Source of the DNA: Thermoanaerobaculia bacterium
GTDB taxonomy: Bacteria; Acidobacteriota; Thermoanaerobaculia; Gp7-AA8
DNA length: 64,000 bases
Assembly (NCBI GenBank): GCA_035576005.1
Contig: DATLXH010000026.1
Span: forward strand, 4,229-68,228
Direction of reading: 5' to 3'
Below the pieces are notes generated by a model that saw nothing but the letters and a program-made list of their open reading frames with translations, did no database searches and was not told the origin of the DNA. The translations under genes and the position numbers were made by a program. This document shows positions 1 through 9,625 of this stretch, in pieces (positions within the stretch are counted from its first letter, which is position 1; the number at the start of each line of letters is the position of its first letter).

Positions 1-41
1 CGGTCACTTCGATTGTCTGGGCAGCCACAGCTTCGGCACCA

Positions 42-1517
42 GTGAACCTCATCCTTCCCTCGGGAATCTTTCCCGTCAGGGTAGTGGAGGAAAACGGTGA
101 ACTGTTTTTCTCTGCCGACGATCTGATCAAGGGCCTGGGAGGAACGCTCTCAAACTCGGAGCAGGCGTACAGAGCGACGGTCGGCAGCGTGGAAGCCGCG
201 TTCGGGACCGATTCGAAGCTCGCCATAGTGAGCGACACGATGTTAGAGCTATCCCGCCTTCCGGTCGTGGTCGATGGGACTCCATACCTTCCACTTCCGT
301 TCTTTCAGACCCTTGCGAAGGCCGCTCTACGACAGGCTGTTTCATTTACACCAGCCGATCGAGCTCTTCGCCTCCAGGCGATCGCCAGCGAACCTATCTC
401 TCCCCAGGTCTCGGTCGTCAACCTGCAGGGAATGTCGAAGGTGGTCATACAGCTCGCAGCGGCGGTTGACTACAGCATTGCGAAAGATGCGGCCACCTAC
501 ACGATACGATTCAAAGCGCCCGTACGAGCACCTTTCGGAGAGCAGGCATACGATGACCCTCATGTCTCGCGAATCCTGTTTCTCGGCAGCGATCTCAAGA
601 TCCAGCTGACGGCAGAAGATGTGGCGGGGTCCGCCTATCGACTCGACAACCCATTTCGAATCGTCCTGGATCTTCAAAAGGGAGTCTCTTCAATTCAGGA
701 AGGGCTTGTTGCACCGCCGCGCACTGAGACGCAACCTCAGGACCTCCCCGGGATTCGGACAATCGTCATCGATCCCGGCCATGGGGGTAAGGACGTCGGC
801 GCGACCGGACTGAAGGGACTGCTCGAAAAAGATGCGACGCTGGCGATCGCACAAAAGCTTTCGCCAATGTTGTCGAGGAGGTTGAACGTCCGCGTGATTC
901 TCACGCGGACGGGTGACAGCTCTGTGTCACTGGATGAGCGGACCTCGATTGCGAATCAATACAAGGGAGATCTTTTTCTCTCGATCCATTTAAATGCGGC
1001 CAGGACGAAAGGGGCGAGAGGTTCGGAGACCTACTTTCTTTCCCTGGAGGCCTCCGACGAGCTCGCGCGCAAGGCCGCCGAGCGGGAGAACCGCCAGGTG
1101 ATGGGTCCAACGCAAATTGAAACCGCTACGTCGTCGGACCTCCGACTGATCCTGTGGGATCTCGCGCAACAGGACTACCTCAAAGAGTCGAGTCATCTGG
1201 CCGAGGTGGTGCAGGTCGAGATGGACCGCGCGTCTGGTCTGCCGAACCGCGGTGTCAAGCAGGCGCCTTTCAAAGTGCTGGTGGGTGCGACGATGCCGGC
1301 CGCCCTGGTGGAAGTCAGTTTCATCTCTAATGAGGAAGATGAGGCAAAACTCAGGACTCCGGAGTTCCAGACTTCGATCGCGGCAACGCTGGCGGCGGCG
1401 ATTGAGCGCTTCAAGAAAGAATACGACGCGCGTAACGGGTTAGGAAACGCACCGCCGGTTGCCGCAAAAGTGGCACCGGCGCCGACCTCCTCAACCACCG
1501 CTCCCGTCACGCAATGA
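42..1517 (+). CDS. N-acetylmuramoyl-L-alanine amidase, AmiC-like (amidase_3 catalytic domain with N-terminal AMIN-like region)
   Basis: IVIDPGHGGKDVGATG motif; LSIHLNA...GSETYFLS; VEVSFISNEED, typical amidase_3 / LytC family. 4-bp overlap with next gene. Confidence 0.8.
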   Translation: MNLILPSGIFPVRVVEENGELFFSADDLIKGLGGTLSNSEQAYRATVGSVEAAFGTDSKLAIVSDTMLELSRLPVVVDGTPYLPLPFFQTLAKAALRQAVSFTPADRALRLQAIASEPISPQVSVVNLQGMSKVVIQLAAAVDYSIAKDAATYTIRFKAPVRAPFGEQAYDDPHVSRILFLGSDLKIQLTAEDVAGSAYRLDNPFRIVLDLQKGVSSIQEGLVAPPRTETQPQDLPGIRTIVIDPGHGGKDVGATGLKGLLEKDATLAIAQKLSPMLSRRLNVRVILTRTGDSSVSLDERTSIANQYKGDLFLSIHLNAARTKGARGSETYFLSLEASDELARKAAERENRQVMGPTQIETATSSDLRLILWDLAQQDYLKESSHLAEVVQVEMDRASGLPNRGVKQAPFKVLVGATMPAALVEVSFISNEEDEAKLRTPEFQTSIAATLAAAIERFKKEYDARNGLGNAPPVAAKVAPAPTSSTTAPVTQ

Positions 1518-2044
1518 GACGCTTCCGAAGGTTCTTCGCCGTGCTGTTCCTCGCAGCCGCGTGCACGGGACGTGAGACCCCGCAACTCACAACTAGGGCA
1601 GTGAATCGTGTCTCGGTCCGTCCGGTCACTCTTTTTTTCGAGACGCCGCAACTGCTCCTCGGTTCCGAGCAACGAAATCTGACGTTACCGGAGAATGAGG
1701 CCGGCGCCTTGACTCCGGTGTTGCGTGAGCTCATCCGCGGATCATCAAACGCCGCAGTGCCGAGGTCTTTCCCTCCCGACGCCGTCGTTCGGGCGACCTA
1801 CTTGATGGGGGATGGGACCGCGATTGTTGATCTTGGTGGCGCGACGCTCGTCAATGGGTGGAGTGCCGGCAGTCACGAAGAACTGATTGCCACGTTTTCC
1901 ATCGTTCACACGCTGACCGCGAACTTTCCGAGTGTGAAACGCGTGAGAATTCTCGTGAACGGACAGGCTGCAGAGACGCTAGCCGGCCACGTTGCGCTCG
2001 ACCGGTCGTTGACACCCCTTCCGTCCTTGCTGGCGGCGCGCTGA
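1514..2044 (+). CDS. GerMN-domain lipoprotein (sporulation/germination-like; commonly partners cell-wall amidases)
   Basis: Signal/lipobox-like N-terminus (FLAAACTG). GerMN-like core LGGATLVNGWSAGSHEELIATFSIVHTLTANFPSVKRVRILVNGQ. ATGA overlap with amidase stop. Confidence 0.6.
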   Translation: MRRFRRFFAVLFLAAACTGRETPQLTTRAVNRVSVRPVTLFFETPQLLLGSEQRNLTLPENEAGALTPVLRELIRGSSNAAVPRSFPPDAVVRATYLMGDGTAIVDLGGATLVNGWSAGSHEELIATFSIVHTLTANFPSVKRVRILVNGQAAETLAGHVALDRSLTPLPSLLAAR

Positions 2045-2540
2045 CGAGCTTTCATGCGGGAGAGAACATCCCCCCTTCCGAGGCCTGGAGGGATTGGAGC
2101 GTCGCGGTTGGTCGCCTCACGCCGACAATCTTGGAGGAACGCATCCTGCGTTGCTCGGGAGTTATTTGCTGAGAGCCAGCAGATTCAGTATCTTACAGAT
2201 AATGAGCGCTCGTTCTTCGAATTGACTGAGGGGAAGGGACTTGTCACGAGTCTGTTACATTGAGAAAAGTTTCACAATCTCGCGTTATACTGTTTCAGCA
2301 TTAAGTAGTCGATTGTGCTGGATGGGCAAATCGAGAAACAGTCAAGTTGCTACCTGCCATCAAATCCACGCTGAGTACTGTCCCGCTCTCCGAGATCCAA
2401 CCGCTATCTCTTCTCTCACCCCAAGCTTTTCTCAACCCATCCAGTAGCAGCATGACCCCGGCGAAAGCCGGGGTCACCTTTCGCCGGCGATGCTGTCGCA
2501 GAACTTCGGGGGAATGTTGGTGAGATGCGCGGGCCGGTTA

Positions 2541-2829
2541 GCCCGCATTTCTCACAGACCTTCGCCGTGAGGTGGCCGAGAGCGGCCTGAATGCTGAGGC
2601 GCACGACGGTTTCGCGACGGAGCATAGTTGACACTGTGTCGAGAGCAAGCGGGCCGGGTGTAGGGACGCAGGGCCTGCGTCCGGCACCCAGACATTCGCA
2701 TCAGGAATTCTGCATCCCGGCATGAACCCTCGTCCACACGATGACCGACCACAATCTTCTCGGTCAGGGACAGGGTACCGGACGCACGCCGTGCGTCCCT
2801 GCGCTCGCATTCTGTGAGAAATTCGGGCT
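2541..2829. mobile_element. MITE-like element, long form (~289 bp), copy 1. Terminal inverted repeats GCCCGCATTTCTCACAGACCTTCGCC, TA at both flanks.
   Basis: Left end ttaGCCCGCATTTCTCACA, right end TGTGAGAAATTCGGGCta. Internal sequence shared with copy at 4415-4700. Abuts holB stop codon. Confidence 0.75.
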
Positions 2830-3724
2830 AGGCGCTGGACGCAACTTGCGAACGATGAAGCTTCGCCACCGATTGCTCGATCATCATTCGTGCGTCGGCG
2901 TTCACAGCGAGACGATCGATTGCAGTCAGCGCGTCGGTCGCTGCCGACAGTAGCGCAGAGCGTCCAATGGCATCGCGAACGACGATCCTTTCCCCGGCCC
3001 CGCCATCCCGCGGCTGTTCAAGAGCACAGAGGTCGCGCAACAGCATGGCGTAGAGAGCCATGGCTTCCTTGACGGGTTCGGCCGACGAAATGACTGCTGC
3101 CATGGTCAGCAGCGCCGACACATCCCGGTCGACGGCGTAGCTGTGCAGCAGACCCATCAGGAGGGCCGACAGATTCTCGATCTCCTTCTGATCGAGGCGC
3201 AGCTCGGAGTATCCGTGCGGTGACCCAGTTCTGTCGGACACCGCTACGACGGACGATTCAAGATGCACAGACTGAGACCGCGAACGGATCGTCTGGAGCA
3301 GAAGATCGGGGGAGCGTGTGAGCAGGAGAAAGAGTGTGTCGCGCGACGGTTCCTCGAGGGTCTTGAGCAGGGAGTTTGCACCACCAACCGACAGCGACTC
3401 CGCAGGTTGAACGATGAAGACTTTCGTGCGTCCTTCGTAGGGTCGGAGGGTCGCCTCTGCAATCGCGCTGCGTACCTGGTCGATTGCGATCAGCTTGCGG
3501 TCGCCGGCGATCTCGAGATAGTGCACGTCGGGATGAATGTCGCGTCGCGTTTTGTCGCATGACACGCAGTCGTCTCCCATTGTGTGATTGAGACAGTTGA
3601 CCGTCAGAGCGACTGTTACCGCGAAGGCGCGAAGCTCCTCGGGTGAGCGCCCGTACAGGATTACCGCGTGATGAATCCCACCCCGCTGCGCGGACTCGAG
3701 GAGCAACTCTGAGGGAGAGGTCAT
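2828..3724 (-). CDS. holB: DNA polymerase III subunit delta' (HolB)
   Basis: AAA+ delta' signature: HHAVILYGRSPEELRAFAVTVALTVNC...C..C, KVFIVQPAESLSVGGANSLLKTLEEP. Confidence 0.8.
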   Translation of the reverse strand: MTSPSELLLESAQRGGIHHAVILYGRSPEELRAFAVTVALTVNCLNHTMGDDCVSCDKTRRDIHPDVHYLEIAGDRKLIAIDQVRSAIAEATLRPYEGRTKVFIVQPAESLSVGGANSLLKTLEEPSRDTLFLLLTRSPDLLLQTIRSRSQSVHLESSVVAVSDRTGSPHGYSELRLDQKEIENLSALLMGLLHSYAVDRDVSALLTMAAVISSAEPVKEAMALYAMLLRDLCALEQPRDGGAGERIVVRDAIGRSALLSAATDALTAIDRLAVNADARMMIEQSVAKLHRSQVASSA

Positions 3725-4401
3725 ACGTTCGCCGTCGAGGCTAACCGGAGCGACGGGAGACGCCGCGACACTGCCTCAATGGTCGCTGCCGTCACATCAT
3801 CCATCGAGACGCTCGCATCGATCACTGCATAGCGGATGGGGTCTGAGAGTGCAAGAGTGAGATATCCCTCCCGAACGCGCCTGTGAAATCGAAGCTCCTC
3901 TCCCTCGATCCTGCTTTCGTTCTTCGACTGCGCGGATGTCTCATTGCGTGCCGCCGCTCGCGCCAGTCCCGCTTCTTCGGGGAGATCGTAGATAAGCGTC
4001 AGGTCGGGCCGAAGACCTCCCGTGGCCAGACTGTTGAGAAGGTTCAGTCGTTCGAAGCTGAGCATTCGACCGAAGCCCTGATATGCAAGAGTCGAATCGG
4101 TGTAGCGGTCGCACAGTACCGTTGCGCCGGCTGCCACCGAGGGCTCGAGAAGCTCTGTGACATGTTGACGGCGCGAGGCGGCGTAGAGAAGGAGCTCCGT
4201 CGTCGGATCTATCGTGGAGCTCTCCTGCGGATCGAGAACGATCGCCCGGATTCGGTCGGCCAGTGGCGTGCCTCCCGGCTCTTTCGTAAGAACCACACGA
4301 CCACCCGCGCGACGGATGAGCTCCGCAAGACGCTGCAGCTGCGTCGATTTCCCACTCCCTTCGATTCCCTCGACCGTCACGAAGAATCCCCTGTTGCTCA
4401 T
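3721..4401 (-). CDS. tmk: Thymidylate kinase
   Basis: P-loop VEGIEGSGKSTQ, EPGGTPLADRIR, DRYTDSTLAYQG. Start trimmed to MSNRGFFVTVEG; the upstream ORF extension runs into the MITE. 4-bp overlap with holB. Confidence 0.85.
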   Translation of the reverse strand: MSNRGFFVTVEGIEGSGKSTQLQRLAELIRRAGGRVVLTKEPGGTPLADRIRAIVLDPQESSTIDPTTELLLYAASRRQHVTELLEPSVAAGATVLCDRYTDSTLAYQGFGRMLSFERLNLLNSLATGGLRPDLTLIYDLPEEAGLARAAARNETSAQSKNESRIEGEELRFHRRVREGYLTLALSDPIRYAVIDASVSMDDVTAATIEAVSRRLPSLRLASTANV

Positions 4402-4414
4402 TTCGTCGCATTCT

Positions 4415-4700
4415 AGCCCGCATTTCTCACAGACCTTCGCCGTGAGACGACGGATAGCGGCCTGTCTCGTTCGTTGCACGGCAATTTCGCTCCTTGACAT
4501 AGTTGACACTGTGTCCAGAGCAACCGGGGCGGGTGTAGGGACGCAGGGCCTGCGTTCGGCACCCAGACATTCGCACCTGGAATTCTGCATCCCGGCATGA
4601 ACCCTCTTCCAAAGCGATGGCCGACGACAATCTTCTCGGTCGGGACAGGGTACCGGACGCACGCCGTGCGTCCCTGTGCTCGCCTTTCTCACAAACGTGC
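4415..4700. mobile_element. MITE-like element, long form, copy 2 (right terminus degenerate), inserted 13 bp upstream of the tmk start codon
   Basis: tcTAGCCCGCATTTCTCACAGACCTTCGCCGTGAGACGACGGATAGCGGCCTG... About 90% identical to 2541-2829 over the core. Confidence 0.7.
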
Positions 4701-4731
4701 GTGGAGGGTTCAGGCTCGAGGGCGTGCTGTC

Positions 4732-5673
4732 CTACGCCGGTCCTGCAGGGCCGAGTCCTTCGCGTAGTCCGCGGAGGTAGTGCTCGCGCATGAGCTTCTC
4801 GAATATCGCTGGTCGGGCGAGCGGCTTGAAGCGCTCGCCGATGCGAGCAAGCAGCCTGAGCCGGAACATCGCAGCGCTGGTGGCGGGTGGGCGCTCTGTG
4901 AGCTCGAACACGCCGAGAAAGTGACCTAGCTCGGGGTGCTTGCTGTAAAAGACGGCCCCCGATTTCCCAACCTTGTATTGCCGTTTCGCGAAAGAGTCGA
5001 CCGTGATCGGATGGTAGTGCCGCGTAACGGCCTTTGCGTTGTAGACGATCCGCAGGCCGGCGGCTTTCAGCCTGTATGCAAGCTCGATATCCTCCCAGGC
5101 CGCTGCCGGGAACGATGTGTCGAACGGTTGCGCGACCAGCAACTCGCGAGAGAGTGAGATGTTCGACGTGTAAAAGAAGTTGAATGGAACGTCCGCGCCG
5201 TCCTCGATCAGTCGATATCCGAATTGCAGGCCGTAATCGTTAATGTAATCCATGAACGGAGTGACACGCTCGTCGAGGGGCCATCCCGTGTACCCGAGGC
5301 ACGCGACGTTAGATGCCTGTTCAGGCTGCTGGTGGATGCGGTGGTGCTCGGCTAGAAAATCCTGCTCCGGAACCGTATCATCTCCGATGAACAGGATCCT
5401 CCTGCCCGCCGAGAGCGCTACCCCGCGATTTCGAGCGTTGCCCGGGCCCGAGTTGCTCTGCGACTCGAACCGGATCGGGTAGGGGAAGCGTCCGTCACGC
5501 ATCGCGGCGGAGATGGTGGCTGCAGTCGTGTCGGAGGAGCCGTCGTCGATGACGACGACTTCGAAGGCTGGAGCGTTTTTCTGCTGGCCCAGACCGTCGA
5601 GAACCTGCAGCAGCGTCGCGAGGCGATTGAACGTAGGAATGACAACCGAGAAGTCAGGAACAGTAGACGTCAT
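4732..5673 (-). CDS. Family 2 glycosyltransferase
   Basis: FSVVIPTFNRLATLLQVLDGLGQQ...VVVIDDGSSDTT (GT2 DxD region). Start trimmed to MTSTVPDF. Confidence 0.75.
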   Translation of the reverse strand: MTSTVPDFSVVIPTFNRLATLLQVLDGLGQQKNAPAFEVVVIDDGSSDTTAATISAAMRDGRFPYPIRFESQSNSGPGNARNRGVALSAGRRILFIGDDTVPEQDFLAEHHRIHQQPEQASNVACLGYTGWPLDERVTPFMDYINDYGLQFGYRLIEDGADVPFNFFYTSNISLSRELLVAQPFDTSFPAAAWEDIELAYRLKAAGLRIVYNAKAVTRHYHPITVDSFAKRQYKVGKSGAVFYSKHPELGHFLGVFELTERPPATSAAMFRLRLLARIGERFKPLARPAIFEKLMREHYLRGLREGLGPAGPA

Positions 5674-5678
5674 CACGA

Positions 5679-6434
5679 TCAGGCCGACGCGCCTCCATCG
5701 ACTGTCAGGACCTGCCCGGTGATGCCCGATGCCTCGTCGGACAGAAGAAATGCGATGCACGAAGCAACTTCATCGGGCGTGATCGCCCGGCGCATCGGAA
5801 TCATCCGCACCATCTCTTTGCGAGCCTCGGCAGGGATGTCGGCGGTCATCTCCGTGTCGACGAGGCCCGGAGCCACGCAATTGACACGGATTCCGCTCCG
5901 GCCAACTTCGCGAGCAAGTGAGCGGGTCATCGCGATGACAGCGCCTTTGGCCGCCGCGTAATTGGTCTGGCCCGCAATGCCTCTCATTCCGGAAAGGGAC
6001 GCGACATTGACGATCGATCCCGATCGCTGCTTCATAAATGCCGGCAGCACGGCGCCGGTGGTCCAGAAGGTTCCGTCCAGGTTCGTGTCGAGAACCTCGC
6101 GCCATTGCTCTGGTGTCATGTTGTACATGAGCGAGTCCCTTCGGATCCCCGCGTTGTTCACGAGGCCGTCTACTTTGCCGAAACGTTCGATGACCTGTTG
6201 AACGATCTCTTCCATACGACCCTTGTCGCGTACATCCCCTTCGAACGCACTGACCGCGGGAGTTTCCTGTGAGTCGGCCTGCGCCGCAGCCACGTCGGAG
6301 AGCAGTCGATCGGCGGCGTCCTTCCCGCTCATGAATGTGAACGCGACAGCATGCCCCGCGCTGAGCAATTTCAGAACTGTCGCCCTGCCGATGCCCCGCG
6401 ACCCCCCGGTAACAAGAATCGTTCGACGGGCCAT
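5679..6434 (-). CDS. Short-chain dehydrogenase/reductase (FabG-like 3-oxoacyl-ACP reductase family)
   Basis: ILVTGGSRGIGRA Rossmann motif, NNAGI, YAAAKGAV catalytic YxxxK. Ends 6 bp upstream of the GT2 start, so probably an operon. Confidence 0.75.
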   Translation of the reverse strand: MARRTILVTGGSRGIGRATVLKLLSAGHAVAFTFMSGKDAADRLLSDVAAAQADSQETPAVSAFEGDVRDKGRMEEIVQQVIERFGKVDGLVNNAGIRRDSLMYNMTPEQWREVLDTNLDGTFWTTGAVLPAFMKQRSGSIVNVASLSGMRGIAGQTNYAAAKGAVIAMTRSLAREVGRSGIRVNCVAPGLVDTEMTADIPAEARKEMVRMIPMRRAITPDEVASCIAFLLSDEASGITGQVLTVDGGASA

Positions 6435-6596
6435 GAGTGTGGTGTCTCGCAAATCGCTATGCATCCTTCGGCGCGCTGCAGGCCCGCTTGCTTCGCCGCC
6501 GCTCCTCAACGATGCCCCGCATCGTCTCCGTCACATCGACTCGCCATCGGCCCTCCATCACGCCGAATAATGCCCAGCTATTTGCGAGATACCACA

Positions 6597-7742
6597 CTAG
6601 TCTGTCGGCTTTCCCGTAAGGAGGCTGTCGCAGACCAGAGTCTTCGCGCCCGCTTCCGTGCAGACGGCAAACTGTTTGCCCTCGTACATGGCAACTCCCG
6701 CGTAATCGCCCCGCGCGTTGACGATGTAGAAGGTCACTCCGAAGTTCGGATTGCCTTTGTTGTTCAGAAGGCGTTTCTCGACCGTGTTCGCGCGGATCCG
6801 TTTCACTGCTTCCATTCCGGCGTCCTTCGGGCTCATTCCCTGACGCATCTTTTCTACAATCAGATGAGACGAGAGATTGAAGAGATTCGCTTCGCCACGA
6901 CCGGTCGATCCTGCGGCCCCAATGTCTCCGTCTACATAGAGACCAGCGCCGAGGATTGGAGAATCGCCGACGCGTCCCGGGATTTTCCAGGCGAGACCGC
7001 TCGTCGTCGTGACACCACAAACCTCGCCTCTCGCGTTCACTCCGTTGCAATTGATCGTCCCGTAGTAATGCTCACGGTTCATCATTCCCTTTGCCATCCG
7101 CTTGCGGGCGGCAAGGTCTTCCGCATCGGCCCGCTTGTCAGGGTCTAGAAAATGAGAGGGATCGATCATTCTTTTCCATTCGAGGTACTGCTTTCTGGAG
7201 TTAGGAGTATTGAGGTCATCTTCAATTTCGAACCCGAAGTTCCTGGCGAACCGCTGCGCGTCTTTCCCGACGATGAGATGGTGGTCGGTCTCGTGCAGCA
7301 CCTTGAGTGCGACGAGCGATGGAGTGCGGACGCCTTCGATAGCAGCCACGGCACCGGCGCGCTTCTTCGGCCCGTGCATGCATGAAGCGTCGAGCTGAAC
7401 GATCCCCTCCGAGTTGGGCAGTCCGCCGAACCCTACGCTGTCGTCGAGCGGGTCGAGCTCGTTGATGTTGACTCCGGCCACGACCGCGTCGAGGACATCC
7501 GCCCCGTCGGTAATCATCGTGAATGCCTTCTCCACGCATGTCATTTTCCCGCCATTCCGGTAGACATTGCCGTTGGCCGAAGAAATCACCACGGGACGTA
7601 CTGTCCGGCGCGTGATCATCGTCGGTCCCTGAGCCGTCAAGGTCCCGGCTGCTGCGGTTGCTACTGCTGCGATCGCGCTACTCTGCACGAACTCACGGCG
7701 ACTGACCTTGCTCATCGGCATCTCCCTTTGCTGCGCCCGCAT
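6597..7742 (-). CDS. Tat-secreted N4-(beta-N-acetylglucosaminyl)-L-asparaginase / isoaspartyl peptidase (Ntn-hydrolase, asparaginase-2 family)
   Basis: Tat-like N-terminus SRREFVQSSAIAAVATAAAG. GTINCNGVNARGEVCGVTTTSGLAWKIPGRVGDSPILGAGLYVD autoprocessing region. Confidence 0.7.
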   Translation of the reverse strand: MRAQQREMPMSKVSRREFVQSSAIAAVATAAAGTLTAQGPTMITRRTVRPVVISSANGNVYRNGGKMTCVEKAFTMITDGADVLDAVVAGVNINELDPLDDSVGFGGLPNSEGIVQLDASCMHGPKKRAGAVAAIEGVRTPSLVALKVLHETDHHLIVGKDAQRFARNFGFEIEDDLNTPNSRKQYLEWKRMIDPSHFLDPDKRADAEDLAARKRMAKGMMNREHYYGTINCNGVNARGEVCGVTTTSGLAWKIPGRVGDSPILGAGLYVDGDIGAAGSTGRGEANLFNLSSHLIVEKMRQGMSPKDAGMEAVKRIRANTVEKRLLNNKGNPNFGVTFYIVNARGDYAGVAMYEGKQFAVCTEAGAKTLVCDSLLTGKPTD

Positions 7743-7811
7743 TGTCTCCGGGCCGGTGCGGTTCCGTCAAAGAAACCCCCATCGCCGAACGAGTTGGCCT
7801 GCACACTCAGC

Positions 7812-7860
7812 GCTTCAGCCGGGTGCTATACGGATCTTTCGCCGGTCGTTTTTCTGACGC
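7812..7860. repeat. Solitary copy of the hairpin module (GCTTCAGCCGGGTGCTA..GATCTTTCGCCGG) that is amplified in the secA-dedA intergenic region
   Basis: cttcagccgggtgctatacggatctttcgccgg matches ctgaagccgggtgctacgaatctttcgccgcc at 13893-13925. Confidence 0.5.
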
Positions 7861-7867
7861 GCACATT

Positions 7868-9580
7868 TCACCTGATGTAGCCGAGCGAACGGAGGTTCTC
7901 ATAGTACTGGTCGTTTGATCGAGTCTGACGCGCGGGCTCGTTACGCGGGCCGAATGATTCGATGCGGTTCTGACGTGAGCCAGGCAGCAGGGATCGACCA
8001 GCCATTTCTTCAGAGGCCGGAAAGCCGAAGAGGTCGGCCACCGTCGGTGCGACATCGAACGGCGTTGCGTGCTCTGTTGCCAGTGGAAAATTGGAGGAGA
8101 CTATGAAGGATCCGCGTTGCCCTTCGCCCGGAAGTCCTACGACCATGACGAGATAGCCGGAACGTGAGAGCGACTGGACCGACTCGGCGAGCTGGTCGAG
8201 GACGCGAACAGATCCAGTCAGTCTCTCCGTGGCGTCGAGCTCGAGCCGGTTGACAACGATGTCGAGCGCCGGGAAGTACGCTGTGACGAAACGCGGCTGT
8301 ACGAGTGCGATGTGTGAGTCCAGAATTGAGCTGGCCTTGCTGTCAATCAGGCGCGCGAGCTCCTGGGGTGGGGTGGTTGCTCCCGGGAATCCCGAGAAGA
8401 TCGTTCTCTGCCCGACCGAACGGAACGACGAAGAGACGACGTCATCCGTCGACCACCAGTTGACCGACAGCGACGAGATGCCGCGCGACGCAAAGATCTC
8501 CCATACATAGTCGCGCCTTCGCACGGCGGGGGGAAGTGGCACCAGCTCGCCCAGTTCGATGTGCGGCGCGAGCCAGCGAAGAACCCAGTCGTGTGCGGAA
8601 ATGGTCTGGAGCGGCGTGTTGCTCCCTGCCAGAACGACCCCTTCGATCGAGCGAACGCGATGCTGTTGCTCGCCCGTTCCCGTTCCGATCGACGCCCAGC
8701 GCTCTGCCGCTGAGTGACCGGCGAACGACGGGCCCCAGGCGCGGTGGGGGAGTCGATTCGCAAACTCCTCCCGAGCCTGAACCAACTCCTTCGTGAGGCC
8801 GTCCACCGCGATCAGAGCCAGCCGTACCGATGTGGGTTCTACGACGATCTGGGCCGGTGAGGCGGGCTCGGCTGGTTGCCGGATTCCGGACAGAGAATAG
8901 AAAAGGGCCCCGATCACGATCGTTCCCGCGACCGCAATGGGAACGATCCTCGACCTCTGATGTAGCGAAGGTATCCGTTGCACCTCATGGATCGAGAACG
9001 CCAGGAACGCCGCCGAAAAAATGATGCTCGCAACCGAAAAAAGGAGAAAGAGAAGTGCGAGCAGGAGTAGCGCCTCTCCCCGCGATGGCGGAGCGGGGAA
9101 GCCGGACCACCACGCGACAACAACACCGAGCAGCAGCGCTGCCGGCGCCATGGAGATCGGCAGCAGACTGCCGGGTGAATCGATCGTCATTCCTGCCCGC
9201 GATTTCAGCAGCAGGCCGGTAACGATGACGAGAGACAACGTGACGGCGAAACCCGCGACCAGGTAGAGAAGAAAGATGAGTGCGCTCTGGAGCGTATCGG
9301 GATTGTTACGCAGCATGGTGACTGCTGCGAGAGGCGCGGCCGCGAACGGCGCGATCAGGGTTGCGGCCTTGAGAGCCACTGCGAGCAGCTCGCTCCAGAA
9401 CGTGCGGGAGCTCCAGGGATCGAGTGCGAACCAGCGTTCGAGTCCTCGTGACAGGTACCCGAGCTCGCGAAGCTGCTCCCGCAGGTCGTCAACGGCTTGT
9501 CTGTTCAACAGAATGCAGAGTACACGACCGCATTCAGCGTCCTCGGAATGGTCCTTTGGAGAGGAACGAGGTAGCCACAC
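7868..9580 (-). CDS. Polytopic membrane protein with C-terminal alkaline-phosphatase-superfamily (phosphodiesterase/sulfatase-like) domain
   Basis: Several hydrophobic helices, then LALIAVDGLTKEL (metal-binding Asp + Thr nucleophile) and HATPFDVAPTVADLFGFP C-terminal motif. True start is uncertain. Confidence 0.5.
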   Translation of the reverse strand: MWLPRSSPKDHSEDAECGRVLCILLNRQAVDDLREQLRELGYLSRGLERWFALDPWSSRTFWSELLAVALKAATLIAPFAAAPLAAVTMLRNNPDTLQSALIFLLYLVAGFAVTLSLVIVTGLLLKSRAGMTIDSPGSLLPISMAPAALLLGVVVAWWSGFPAPPSRGEALLLLALLFLLFSVASIIFSAAFLAFSIHEVQRIPSLHQRSRIVPIAVAGTIVIGALFYSLSGIRQPAEPASPAQIVVEPTSVRLALIAVDGLTKELVQAREEFANRLPHRAWGPSFAGHSAAERWASIGTGTGEQQHRVRSIEGVVLAGSNTPLQTISAHDWVLRWLAPHIELGELVPLPPAVRRRDYVWEIFASRGISSLSVNWWSTDDVVSSSFRSVGQRTIFSGFPGATTPPQELARLIDSKASSILDSHIALVQPRFVTAYFPALDIVVNRLELDATERLTGSVRVLDQLAESVQSLSRSGYLVMVVGLPGEGQRGSFIVSSNFPLATEHATPFDVAPTVADLFGFPASEEMAGRSLLPGSRQNRIESFGPRNEPARQTRSNDQYYENLRSLGYIR

Positions 9581-9625
9581 GCTTCGTGCGCTACAACAGT
9601 CGGGTCAGTCGATCGTCGCAGACAC

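Noticed and set aside
2416-4630. Small ORFs recurring inside MITE copies (for example 2416..2634, 2538..2810, 4413..4598, 4427..4630, plus the ...KVCEKCGL... N-terminal extensions of the ORFs at 3721..4692, 24262.., 42476..45010 and 49965..51095)
   Set aside because: - The same peptides recur wherever the repeat occurs, regardless of context and on both strands.
- They are artefacts of the repeat, not genes.
- The host genes were trimmed to homology-supported starts.
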